IMG/VR virus record: IMGVR_UViG_3300017902_000306
Coordinates: 1 to 64,000 of that record
Length of the DNA: 64,000 nucleotides
Origin: a virus
Taxonomy: Duplodnaviria; Caudoviricetes
Reading direction: 5' to 3' (one strand)
Shown here: one piece after another, positions 55,277-63,245 of the stretch
How the letters are laid out: each line of letters begins with the position of its first letter
Position numbering within the stretch: position 1 is the first letter of the stretch
Notes under the pieces: generated by a model
Seen by the model: only the letters and a program-made list of their open reading frames with translations
Told to the model about the DNA's origin: nothing
Databases searched by the model: none
Position numbers and translations under genes: made by a program

Positions 55277-57589
55277 ATGAATATAGGTTCCAAATCCCAA
55301 CTCGCCAAGTTGCTCGCCACCGAGGATATCTCTGTGGAACATGCAAATGTCGAGACTGCGTATTTCGATCTGAAAGAACGCAAGGTGGTTCTTCCCAACT
55401 GGAAGGACATGCCCCCCGAATTGTATGATCTACTGCTTGGCCACGAGATCGGTCACGCTCTTGTTACCCCGCTAGAGGGTTGGCATGATGCGACTTGTTC
55501 CGAGGGCCCTGCCTTCAAATCATTTCTTAATGTTGTCGAGGATGCTCGTAACGAGCGACTGACCAAACTACGATACCCTGGCTTAGTCAAGTCATTCTAC
55601 AAGGGTTACAGTATACTTCACAAAAGAGATTTCTTTGGTATTGGTGATCGTGATGTCAATACCTTGCCTCTTATTGATCGAATCAACCTACACTACAAAG
55701 TGGGTTCATTCGCCAATGTTTCTTTCACTGCTGAAGAACAAATCTGGCTCAATGCGATTGATGCCGCTGAGGAATGGGATGAAGTTGAACAGATTGCTCG
55801 TGACTTGTTTGCTCTCGCCAAACAAGAGATGCAAGATCAACCACAAGCACCATCCATGCCAGAACAATCTGATGATGTTGAAGAATCCGATGATGCTGGT
55901 TCTGCTCCTTCACCTAGTCCACTTGATGATGCTGAAGATGGCGAAGAACAAGATGGCGACACTGGTTCCGATGGTGAGTCTGATGACGGTGAAGAATCTG
56001 ATGAAGATGTTGACGGTGAGACTGGCGACATTTCTTCTGATGATGCCGAAGAAGAAAAAGATTCTGACTCCGAGGCCGAATCAAAAGAGGAGTCTGGTGA
56101 TATTGATCTAGGTAGTGAAATCAATGATCCAGTTGCTGCCACTGACATGGCATTCCGTGAGAATGAGGAACGTCTAGTTGAGAATTCTCAAAATGAGTGT
56201 GTTGTCACTGCTAGAGTTCCTAAGTTGAATCGTGCTCGAAACGTGATGACTACTGATCAAACATGGTCAGAACCCTTTGTGGTCTCAAAAGATCGTTGGT
56301 CACATGACCATCTTTCTCCTGCCGAACAAAAGAAGTTCGTTAAAAAGTTGAATGAGGAATTTCAAAACAAAAACAAATCTTCCATCAATCAATTGGTGAT
56401 GCAGTTTGAGATGAAGCGCAAGGCGTCAGAGTTACGCAAGGCTCAGGTCAACAATACTGGTAAGTTGAATGAAGACAAGTTGTGGGCTTACAAGTTGACT
56501 GATGATTTGTTTCTGTCAAACACTGTTGTGCCTAAGGGTCAGAATCATGGTATGTTCATGGTTCTGGATATGTCTGGTTCAATGGGTAACCATATGGAAG
56601 GAACTATCGAACAGTTATTGATCCAAGTTTCTTTCTGTCAAAAAGTTGGCATCCCATTTGATGTTTACGGGTTCACTTCCTGTATGGGAACCCCAGACTC
56701 ACTTGGGCCAAAACAGTCAATGAACAGTGGTGAACTGGTTGTGGAAAACGGCGTTGGCCTTGTTCAGTTGATTACTTCTGACAAAGGTTCTGCTGAGTTT
56801 ACTAGGTGTTTTGAAAACTTGCTCATGTATGCAAGTTGTTTCGGAACTTTTTGCTCTCGCAATAGTAGGGAGTCTTATCAGGACTGCTACGTTGAATACT
56901 ACAATCTTCCTAATTGGTTACAACTTGGTGGCACTCCGCTTGCTCAGTCAATGGTGGTTGCTATTGATGTTGCTAAGGAGTTCAAATCACGCAACAAAGT
57001 TGAAGTGTTGAACACAATCGTGTTGTCTGATGGTGAGAATACTGACAATTTCAGTGTTGTTGATACCAATGTCGATGGCCATGTTACCTTCAACCGATTC
57101 CAAACAATTCCTAACAAACTTGTTCTGAAAGATGGTTACACTTCTGTCGTTGTCACTGAACCTGAGAGTAGTTTCTATCGTGGTTGGGGTTCAATCTCCA
57201 GAGGCATTTCACTGAAGGGTGTCATGGAATTGTTCAAGTCTGTCACTGAGTCTCGAATGATTCACTTGTTCCTTTGCGGCAAAAGCAAACGTGAAGTCAA
57301 AAACAATTGGCACGACATGACTGGCATCCGTGATCACTGGACACCAAACCCAGAGTTTGAAAAGACTTACAAAGAATTCTGGAACAAAAAAGATTTCTTG
57401 CCTGTCGATAGTGTATGGGGATTTGATGCTGCGTTTCTGATCAAGGGTGATTCGCTCAAAGTTGAGGAAGCGGAATTGGAAATCAAGTCTGAGAAAAAGG
57501 CCGATGTGCTGCGTGGATTCCGCCAGTTTCAGTCTAAAAAGACTAATTCCCGCCACTTCATTAACCGATTCATTGATCAGGTTGCGTAA
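55277..57589 (+). CDS. HExxH metallopeptidase-like plus vWA (CobT-like) protein
   Basis: HEIGH, FLNVVEDARNE, long acidic linker, MIDAS VLDMSGS, GGTPL, IVLSDGE. Confidence 0.85.
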   Translation: MNIGSKSQLAKLLATEDISVEHANVETAYFDLKERKVVLPNWKDMPPELYDLLLGHEIGHALVTPLEGWHDATCSEGPAFKSFLNVVEDARNERLTKLRYPGLVKSFYKGYSILHKRDFFGIGDRDVNTLPLIDRINLHYKVGSFANVSFTAEEQIWLNAIDAAEEWDEVEQIARDLFALAKQEMQDQPQAPSMPEQSDDVEESDDAGSAPSPSPLDDAEDGEEQDGDTGSDGESDDGEESDEDVDGETGDISSDDAEEEKDSDSEAESKEESGDIDLGSEINDPVAATDMAFRENEERLVENSQNECVVTARVPKLNRARNVMTTDQTWSEPFVVSKDRWSHDHLSPAEQKKFVKKLNEEFQNKNKSSINQLVMQFEMKRKASELRKAQVNNTGKLNEDKLWAYKLTDDLFLSNTVVPKGQNHGMFMVLDMSGSMGNHMEGTIEQLLIQVSFCQKVGIPFDVYGFTSCMGTPDSLGPKQSMNSGELVVENGVGLVQLITSDKGSAEFTRCFENLLMYASCFGTFCSRNSRESYQDCYVEYYNLPNWLQLGGTPLAQSMVVAIDVAKEFKSRNKVEVLNTIVLSDGENTDNFSVVDTNVDGHVTFNRFQTIPNKLVLKDGYTSVVVTEPESSFYRGWGSISRGISLKGVMELFKSVTESRMIHLFLCGKSKREVKNNWHDMTGIRDHWTPNPEFEKTYKEFWNKKDFLPVDSVWGFDAAFLIKGDSLKVEEAELEIKSEKKADVLRGFRQFQSKKTNSRHFINRFIDQVA

Positions 57590-57667
57590 GTTGTTGATTT
57601 CAAAGGGAAAGAAAATTAAATTATTTTCGCCAAGCCCCTTGACATTTGCTATAAAGGCTGGTAAGCT
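57587..57667 (+). promoter_or_regulatory. early sigma70 promoter with upstream IHF-consensus site (copy 2)
   Basis: TAAGTTGTTGATT (57587-99; reverse strand AATCAACAACTTA); TTGACA(57639-44)-17 nt-TAAGCT(57662-67). Confidence 0.7.
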
Positions 57668-57704
57668 AGGTATATAAAGTTGAGAAATTGAGAGTGAGTT
57701 TATT

Positions 57705-58874
57705 ATGAGTGTAAAACAGAAAGATCAGTTGATGTCCGCCCTTGCTGAGGCAAACAATTCCACGGGAATCTTCACTAAGTCTGAAGTTCTCAAAATCGCT
57801 GCTGAGGCTGGTCTCAGTAAACCGATGTGGTTTTTCAAAGAGGCCAAAGTTGGTCGCAATCAGTTCAATCCTTCAATGGTTGGTCAAGTTGTGCAAATGC
57901 CAAAACCAGTTGAAGTGATTCAAACACAACCAGAACCAGTTGCCGCTGCTGCGTCTAAGGTTCTAACCATGGCGAAACTTGCAGTGGAAATTGAAAACCT
58001 AGTTCCTGCCAAAGATTCGACATACGTTCCTTTCGGTTTCTATCGTGACCTAGTGAACATTGTCAAGTCTGGTATGTTCTACCCTACTTTTATTTGTGGT
58101 CTCTCTGGTAACGGTAAGACCATGATGGTTGAACAAGTCTGCGCTAAGTTGCAGCGTGAGGCAATCCGTGTCAACATTTCGATTGAGACCGATGAAGATG
58201 ATTTGATCGGTGGCAATACGCTGGTTGATGGTAACGTTGTCTATCGTGAAGGCCCTGTGTTGACTGCCATGAAACGTGGCGCAATTCTGATCCTTGATGA
58301 GATTGACCGTGGATCAAACAAGTTGATGTGTCTACAGGCAATCCTTGAAGGCAAACCCTACTTCAACAAAAAGAATGGCGAAGTTGTCACTCCCGCCGCT
58401 GGTTTCAACGTGATCGCTACTGCGAACACAAAGGGCCGTGGTTCCGATGACGGTAAGTTCATGGGTGCTCAGATTCTTGATGAGGCGTTCCTTGAGCGAT
58501 TCGCAATCACGGTTGAACAGGAATACCCTTCCGCTGTTCAAGAGAAAAAAATCATTGTCAACAAAATGACTGTCGCCAATTGTGTCGATGAAGATTACGC
58601 TGACAAGTTGGTTACTTGGGCTGATGTGATCCGAAAGACTTTCTATGAGGGTGGCATTGATGAGTTGGTTTCGACTCGCCGACTTGAACACATTGTCAAG
58701 GCGTTCGCCATGTTTGGTGACCGACTCAAGGCGATTCAGTTGTGTGTCAACCGATTCGATACTGACACCAAGGCTGCGTTCATTGATCTCTACACCAAAG
58801 TAGATGCTGGTGTTGATCTTGATGCCGAAGTGACAGAAACTTCTGAGGAAAAGGAAGATGATCTTGACTTCTAA
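57705..58874 (+). CDS. cobS: MoxR/CobS-like AAA+ ATPase
   Basis: GLSGNGKT, ETDEDDLIG, ILILDEID, ATANTKGRG, LDEAFLERF, STRRL. Confidence 0.93.
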   Translation: MSVKQKDQLMSALAEANNSTGIFTKSEVLKIAAEAGLSKPMWFFKEAKVGRNQFNPSMVGQVVQMPKPVEVIQTQPEPVAAAASKVLTMAKLAVEIENLVPAKDSTYVPFGFYRDLVNIVKSGMFYPTFICGLSGNGKTMMVEQVCAKLQREAIRVNISIETDEDDLIGGNTLVDGNVVYREGPVLTAMKRGAILILDEIDRGSNKLMCLQAILEGKPYFNKKNGEVVTPAAGFNVIATANTKGRGSDDGKFMGAQILDEAFLERFAITVEQEYPSAVQEKKIIVNKMTVANCVDEDYADKLVTWADVIRKTFYEGGIDELVSTRRLEHIVKAFAMFGDRLKAIQLCVNRFDTDTKAAFIDLYTKVDAGVDLDAEVTETSEEKEDDLDF

Positions 58875-59142
58875 TATAAATTACAAATACAATGAAGGAG
58901 CTCTTATCAAAGAGCTCCAAAAATATATTGATGCTACCTATGGTGAACACTACTCAATCAATAAGTATCAGGCGACTGAGTTTATTATTGACGGTGGCCA
59001 CGGTGAGGGGTTTTGCATTGGAAACATCCTAAAGTATGCACAACGCTACGGTAAAAAGGATGGATACAACCGAAAAGATTTGATGAAGGTGTTACACTAC
59101 GCCTTGATCGCACTCCATGTTCACGACTTAGAACAGGAGTAA
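58858..59142 (+). CDS. DUF3310-like protein
   Basis: TY.EHYS, GEGFCIGNILKYAQRYGKKDG...DLMKVLHY. Confidence 0.75.
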   Translation: MILTSNINYKYNEGALIKELQKYIDATYGEHYSINKYQATEFIIDGGHGEGFCIGNILKYAQRYGKKDGYNRKDLMKVLHYALIALHVHDLEQE

Positions 59143-59147
59143 CAGTT

Positions 59148-59218
59148 CCGCTACGGCGGGCCGGACATCGTGCAGACCTCTCTCACTCTCTCTCAATATG
59201 CCGATGTCCGGCATTTTT
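59148..59218 (+). ncRNA. candidate small RNA/structured 3' element: UACG hairpin plus long hairpin with CU-rich loop
   Basis: CCGC-TACG-GCGG (59148-59); 11-bp stem GCCGGACATCG(59160-70)/CGATGTCCGGC(59202-12); loop GACCTCTCTCACTCTCTCTCAATA; T tract after the stem. Confidence 0.55.
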
Positions 59219-59220
59219 AT

Positions 59221-59228
59221 TATAAATA
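59221..59228 (+). promoter_or_regulatory. T4-type late promoter
   Basis: Exact TATAAATA upstream of 59268. Confidence 0.7.
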
Positions 59229-59267
59229 AGAGAGATAAATAAACAACTGTCGAGAGGAGAAATTCAA

Positions 59268-59603
59268 ATGGCATTTAGATATCGAATGACTTTTACAAGG
59301 GCCAATGCAGACACAGAGTGGCCTTTTTGGGAATCAAGTTTGACCAGCACTTCTTTTCAAACTAAAGCAAACGCATGGCAAGATTGGTATGCAGAGAGAT
59401 CAGATTCTTCTCTGTCAACTTCCACTAGTGCTGATGGTAATACCATTCACATTGACTTGATGTTTGCAAATGAGGAGGCATGGAACACCTTTAGGTCAGA
59501 AGCAGAATCAGCTGGTCTTGATAATCAGTGGGCGGATAGTAATGTTACTTCTTGGATGACCACCAATAATGTCTCTTTGTCGGAGTCAAGTGGAGCAGTT
59601 TAA
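59268..59603 (+). CDS. hypothetical protein
   Basis: 111 aa, GAGGAG RBS, own late promoter. Confidence 0.7.
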   Translation: MAFRYRMTFTRANADTEWPFWESSLTSTSFQTKANAWQDWYAERSDSSLSTSTSADGNTIHIDLMFANEEAWNTFRSEAESAGLDNQWADSNVTSWMTTNNVSLSESSGAV

Positions 59604-59606
59604 CCC

Positions 59607-59635
59607 TTGACACCTTCTTTATTTTTTGTTATGAT
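59607..59635 (+). promoter_or_regulatory. sigma70 promoter of the gp45 operon
   Basis: TTGACA(59607-12)-17 nt-TATGAT(59630-35). Confidence 0.8.
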
Positions 59636-59659
59636 GTATTTTGTTGATTGGAGAAATTT

Positions 59660-60316
59660 ATGATGAAAGTTAGTAAACCCACACTTGATACCTTTAAGAA
59701 CTTTGCCTCTATCAACACGAACCTTCTAGTTCGTGAGGGGCAAACTCTTTCTACGGTATCAAATTCTATGAACATTCTGTGCCGTGCTGCGGTGACAGAA
59801 ACTTTTCCACGAGAATTTGCCATCTATGACTTGAACCAGTTCCTATCCCTATTGACTATGGATGAGGATGCTGATCTTGAGTTTGGTGATGAGTCTGTTA
59901 CCGTGAAAACTGGCGTTGGTAAGTTTGAGTTCTTCTATGCAGAACCATCCGTTATCAAGGCTGCACCAGACAAAGAGATTCCTGTCGAGGAATTGTATTC
60001 CTTCTCTGTCACCAGAGATACTATCCAGACAATCTATCGTGCTGCGTCTGCTATCTCTGCTCCCTTCCTGAGAGTAGTTGGTGATGGTAGTCAGGTATCG
60101 CTCTCTGTTGGTGATCCCAATACGCCCAAGAGCAATTCGTTCACGATGTCTCTGGGTTCAACCGATCTTGAGTTTGATGCTAGACTTGGCATTGACTCAC
60201 TCAAGATCATTCCCGATGATTATGATGTGACCATTGGCACCAAACCAGTGATGAAGTTCAGTAATTCTGGCCGAGTATATTGGTTGGCGCTTGATCCATC
60301 CTCAAAAGTAGGATAA
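59660..60316 (+). CDS. gp45: sliding clamp
   Basis: MKVSKPTLDTFKNFASINTNLLV, FAIYDLNQFLS, FFYAEPSVI, LKIIPDDYDV; start set at ATG 59660. Confidence 0.95.
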   Translation: MMKVSKPTLDTFKNFASINTNLLVREGQTLSTVSNSMNILCRAAVTETFPREFAIYDLNQFLSLLTMDEDADLEFGDESVTVKTGVGKFEFFYAEPSVIKAAPDKEIPVEELYSFSVTRDTIQTIYRAASAISAPFLRVVGDGSQVSLSVGDPNTPKSNSFTMSLGSTDLEFDARLGIDSLKIIPDDYDVTIGTKPVMKFSNSGRVYWLALDPSSKVG

Positions 60317-60320
60317 AAAA

Positions 60321-60944
60321 ATGAATGGTGTGATTGAAGTGGGGCAAAAAGTCCCAATGGATGTCGTGTGGAATACACGAGTCAAATGCCCTGAGATGGT
60401 AAGTGCTGGAGTAGAAAACCCATACAAGTGGGAATCAGTAACTTCATCTGATATCTTTGCAGGCAAAAGGGTAATTGTTTTTGCTCTGCCTGGAGCCTTT
60501 ACTCCGACTTGTTCCTCTAAACAACTACCCGAATTTGAAAACAACTATCAGATGTTCAAGCGAGCGGGTGTCGATGAGGTTTATTGTCTATCAGTGAACG
60601 ACAGTTTCGTAATGAACATGTGGTTCCGATACCAACAGATAAATGGAGTCAAACCCATCCCCGATGGTTCTGGTTTGTTTACTGCTGAAATGGGTATGAT
60701 GGTAGACAAAGATAACTTATCATTTGGTTCTCGCTCTTGGCGATACTCTATGCTAGTCAATGATGGTGTAGTAGAGAAGGCATTTGTCGAAGATGGTTTC
60801 GGTGATAACATTGGTGATGATCCTTTTGAGGTATCTGATGCGTTGACAATGTTCAACTATGTTACCACTGATAGTCCTGTTGGCCGTCAACTGACCTTGA
60901 ACCTTGAAGAACGTTTGAATTCCAAGGAACAGATTGGATCATAA
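60321..60944 (+). CDS. peroxiredoxin (type II/Prx5 family)
   Basis: FALPGAFTPTCS, VYCLSVNDSFVMNMW, IPDGSG.FT, RSWRYSMLVNDGVV. Confidence 0.95.
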   Translation: MNGVIEVGQKVPMDVVWNTRVKCPEMVSAGVENPYKWESVTSSDIFAGKRVIVFALPGAFTPTCSSKQLPEFENNYQMFKRAGVDEVYCLSVNDSFVMNMWFRYQQINGVKPIPDGSGLFTAEMGMMVDKDNLSFGSRSWRYSMLVNDGVVEKAFVEDGFGDNIGDDPFEVSDALTMFNYVTTDSPVGRQLTLNLEERLNSKEQIGS

Positions 60945-61695
60945 ATTGGCAAAAAGAATTGTTATGGTGTCGGGGGGTTTCGATCCCCTACACGGTGGTC
61001 ACATCAACCTACTAGAAAGTGCTAAAAAACTTGGTGATGTCCTAGTAGTCGGTCTCAACAGTGATGATTGGTTGTTCCGCAAAAAGGGAAAACCTTTCAT
61101 GGACTTCTGGCAAAGACTCGACATCATGGCAAATCTAAAAATGGTTGATCACGTTGTCCCATTCGATGACGATGATGATACCGCAACACAATTCATTCTT
61201 GATTGCAAAAAAAATTACGGCAAAGATTGCATTTACATTTTTGCCAATGGGGGAGATCGGAGGTGTTCTAATATTCCAGAACGTGTTGATGGTGTGATAC
61301 AACAAACTGGAGTTGGGGGAGACAATAAAGCAAACTCCAGTTCTCACATCTGCCGAACAAAAAGAGATTGGGGATACTTTGACGAACTCCTCAAGTATCC
61401 TGATGCGAAAGTAAAACTTCTTAACGTAGAACCAAATGACGGAATATCATATCAGAGACATTTTGAAAGAGGTGAGTTCTGGTTTGTCCTTGAGGGCAAG
61501 GCACTAGTCAAACATGCAATAGGTCACGAGTCGAACTATGAAAATCACATCTTGACAAAACATGATTACTTTAGTATAATGCCTTATCACTGGCATCAAG
61601 TTACAAACATTGGTGATGAACCTTTGAAAATTTTAGAGATACAATATGGTAGTTATCTTGAAGAAGATGACATTGAACGTGAGGAGATTCTATGA
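60934..61695 (+). CDS. cytidylyltransferase (RfaE-like) fused to a mannose-6-phosphate-isomerase-type cupin
   Basis: SGGFDPLHGGH, VVGLNSDDWL.RKKG, FANGGDR; then RDWGYF, SYQRHFERGEFW, WHQVTN, LEIQYG.YLEEDDIER. Confidence 0.88.
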   Translation: MDHKLAKRIVMVSGGFDPLHGGHINLLESAKKLGDVLVVGLNSDDWLFRKKGKPFMDFWQRLDIMANLKMVDHVVPFDDDDDTATQFILDCKKNYGKDCIYIFANGGDRRCSNIPERVDGVIQQTGVGGDNKANSSSHICRTKRDWGYFDELLKYPDAKVKLLNVEPNDGISYQRHFERGEFWFVLEGKALVKHAIGHESNYENHILTKHDYFSIMPYHWHQVTNIGDEPLKILEIQYGSYLEEDDIEREEIL

Positions 61696-61865
61696 GAAAG
61701 AAGGGTGTGAATGATCGGCGCAAGGTTGCGCTGGCAAACTTGGAAAAGGCTAAGTTCTTCCCAAAGAAGATCAAGTCTGGTAAGAAGATGGTGGAACGTT
61801 CCGAAGAAACTTGGAACGAGAAACGCCTGCAACAAATCGAAACTCTTGAAAAAAGAATTCGATGA
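61692..61865 (+). CDS. 57-aa basic peptide (not in ORF track)
   Basis: MRKKGVNDRRKVALANLEKAKFFPKKIKSGKKMVERSEETWNEKRLQQIETLEKRIR; ATGA overlaps at both ends. Confidence 0.65.
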   Translation: MRKKGVNDRRKVALANLEKAKFFPKKIKSGKKMVERSEETWNEKRLQQIETLEKRIR

Positions 61866-62323
61866 AAGAATTTGATTACAGTTTTGATTACAAGTCTCTT
61901 GACTTTACAGATCAGGAGACTCGCAAACTGTATCGTATCGGCAGGGGTGAACAAGGTGTTCTTCTGGTTCGCCCCTACACCGATTTGATTTGTGCTCACT
62001 GGAGATTCAAAACACCAGAAGAAGCAAAAGAATCCAGTGACCGAATCTATTCTATGTTCAAACAATACAAGCAAAGTGATGATTTTATTGGCATGGACAT
62101 GGCACGCAAGTTCCTAGAGATGGGATTCACTCGTGCGAGAAGGTATGCAAACCACAACGATGGCAAAAAGTATGACAGTGAAGGGAATGTGAAACCGCAA
62201 GAACCCGATTGGAATACCAGTAAGTATGCTATCGCTGCAAGAATCTTCAAGAAGGTTCGTGACTTGGCTGCATACGATGAAGATTATTTGGTTATGAGAA
62301 AAGAGTGGAGATCGAATGAATGA
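61862..62323 (+). CDS. DUF4385-like protein
   Basis: YRIGRGEQGVL.V.PY...WRFKT, MDMARKFLEMGFTRARRYANH. Confidence 0.85.
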   Translation: MKEFDYSFDYKSLDFTDQETRKLYRIGRGEQGVLLVRPYTDLICAHWRFKTPEEAKESSDRIYSMFKQYKQSDDFIGMDMARKFLEMGFTRARRYANHNDGKKYDSEGNVKPQEPDWNTSKYAIAARIFKKVRDLAAYDEDYLVMRKEWRSNE

Positions 62324-63245
62324 ATTTTTATGGGTAGAAAAATACAGACCAGCGAACATTGCTGACTGTGTTCTTCCAGATCGAATCAAACAGAACTTTG
62401 AGGAGATCGTCAAGCAGGGTGAGATTCCCAACATGTTACTTTGTGGCACTGCCGGAACGGGTAAGACTACCGTTGCGAAGGCACTGTGCAATGAACTTGG
62501 TGTTGACTACATCCTTATCAATGGTTCTGATGAATCAGGTATTGATGTTCTCAGGACAAAGATCAGAGACTTTGCATCCACAGTAAGTTTCGGTGGACAA
62601 ACTAAAGTTGTGATCTTGGACGAGGCAGACTATCTGAATCCAAACTCCACGCAGCCTGCACTCAGGGCATTCATTGAGGAGTTCTCTGCCAATTGTCGAT
62701 TCATCTTCACTTGTAATTTCAAGAACAGAATCATCGAACCTCTGCACTCTCGTTGTGCGGTGATTGATTTCAAACTCAACAAAGATGAAAAACAGTTGAT
62801 CGCCAGTAAGTTCATGGGTAGACTCAAGTATGTTCTTGATGAGGAAAACATCAACTACTCTGAGAAGGTGGTCGCCGAACTTTTGATGAAGTATTTCCCA
62901 GACTATCGTAGGACTCTGAACGAGTTGCAACGATACTCCAAGTCTGGTATCATTGATGAAGGTATTCTCAGTAACATTGCTGAGGTAAACATCAAGGGTT
63001 TGGTTGACAGTCTCAAGGATAAGGACTTCAAGAAGATGCGACAGTGGGTGGCAAACAATGCTGACACTGATCCACAAGGATTGTATCGTAAAATCTATGA
63101 CAGTCTTATGGACAAGGTTAGTAATCCAGCACACTTGGTTCTGCTAGTTGCAGACTACCAATACAAGTCTGCCTTTGTTGCTGATCAAGAAATTAATCTG
63201 ACTGCCTGTTTGGTAGATGTGATGGCAAACCTTGATATTAAGTAA
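62316..63245 (+). CDS. gp44: clamp loader large subunit
   Basis: LWVEKYRP, GTAGTGKTT, INGSDE, ILDEAD, SRC, FPDYRR, FVADQEINL. Confidence 0.97.
   Translation: MNEFLWVEKYRPANIADCVLPDRIKQNFEEIVKQGEIPNMLLCGTAGTGKTTVAKALCNELGVDYILINGSDESGIDVLRTKIRDFASTVSFGGQTKVVILDEADYLNPNSTQPALRAFIEEFSANCRFIFTCNFKNRIIEPLHSRCAVIDFKLNKDEKQLIASKFMGRLKYVLDEENINYSEKVVAELLMKYFPDYRRTLNELQRYSKSGIIDEGILSNIAEVNIKGLVDSLKDKDFKKMRQWVANNADTDPQGLYRKIYDSLMDKVSNPAHLVLLVADYQYKSAFVADQEINLTACLVDVMANLDIK

Noticed and set aside
57705-58874. Cobalamin biosynthesis role implied by the cobS name
   Set aside because: Phage CobS-like proteins are MoxR AAA+ ATPases; no other cob genes are present.
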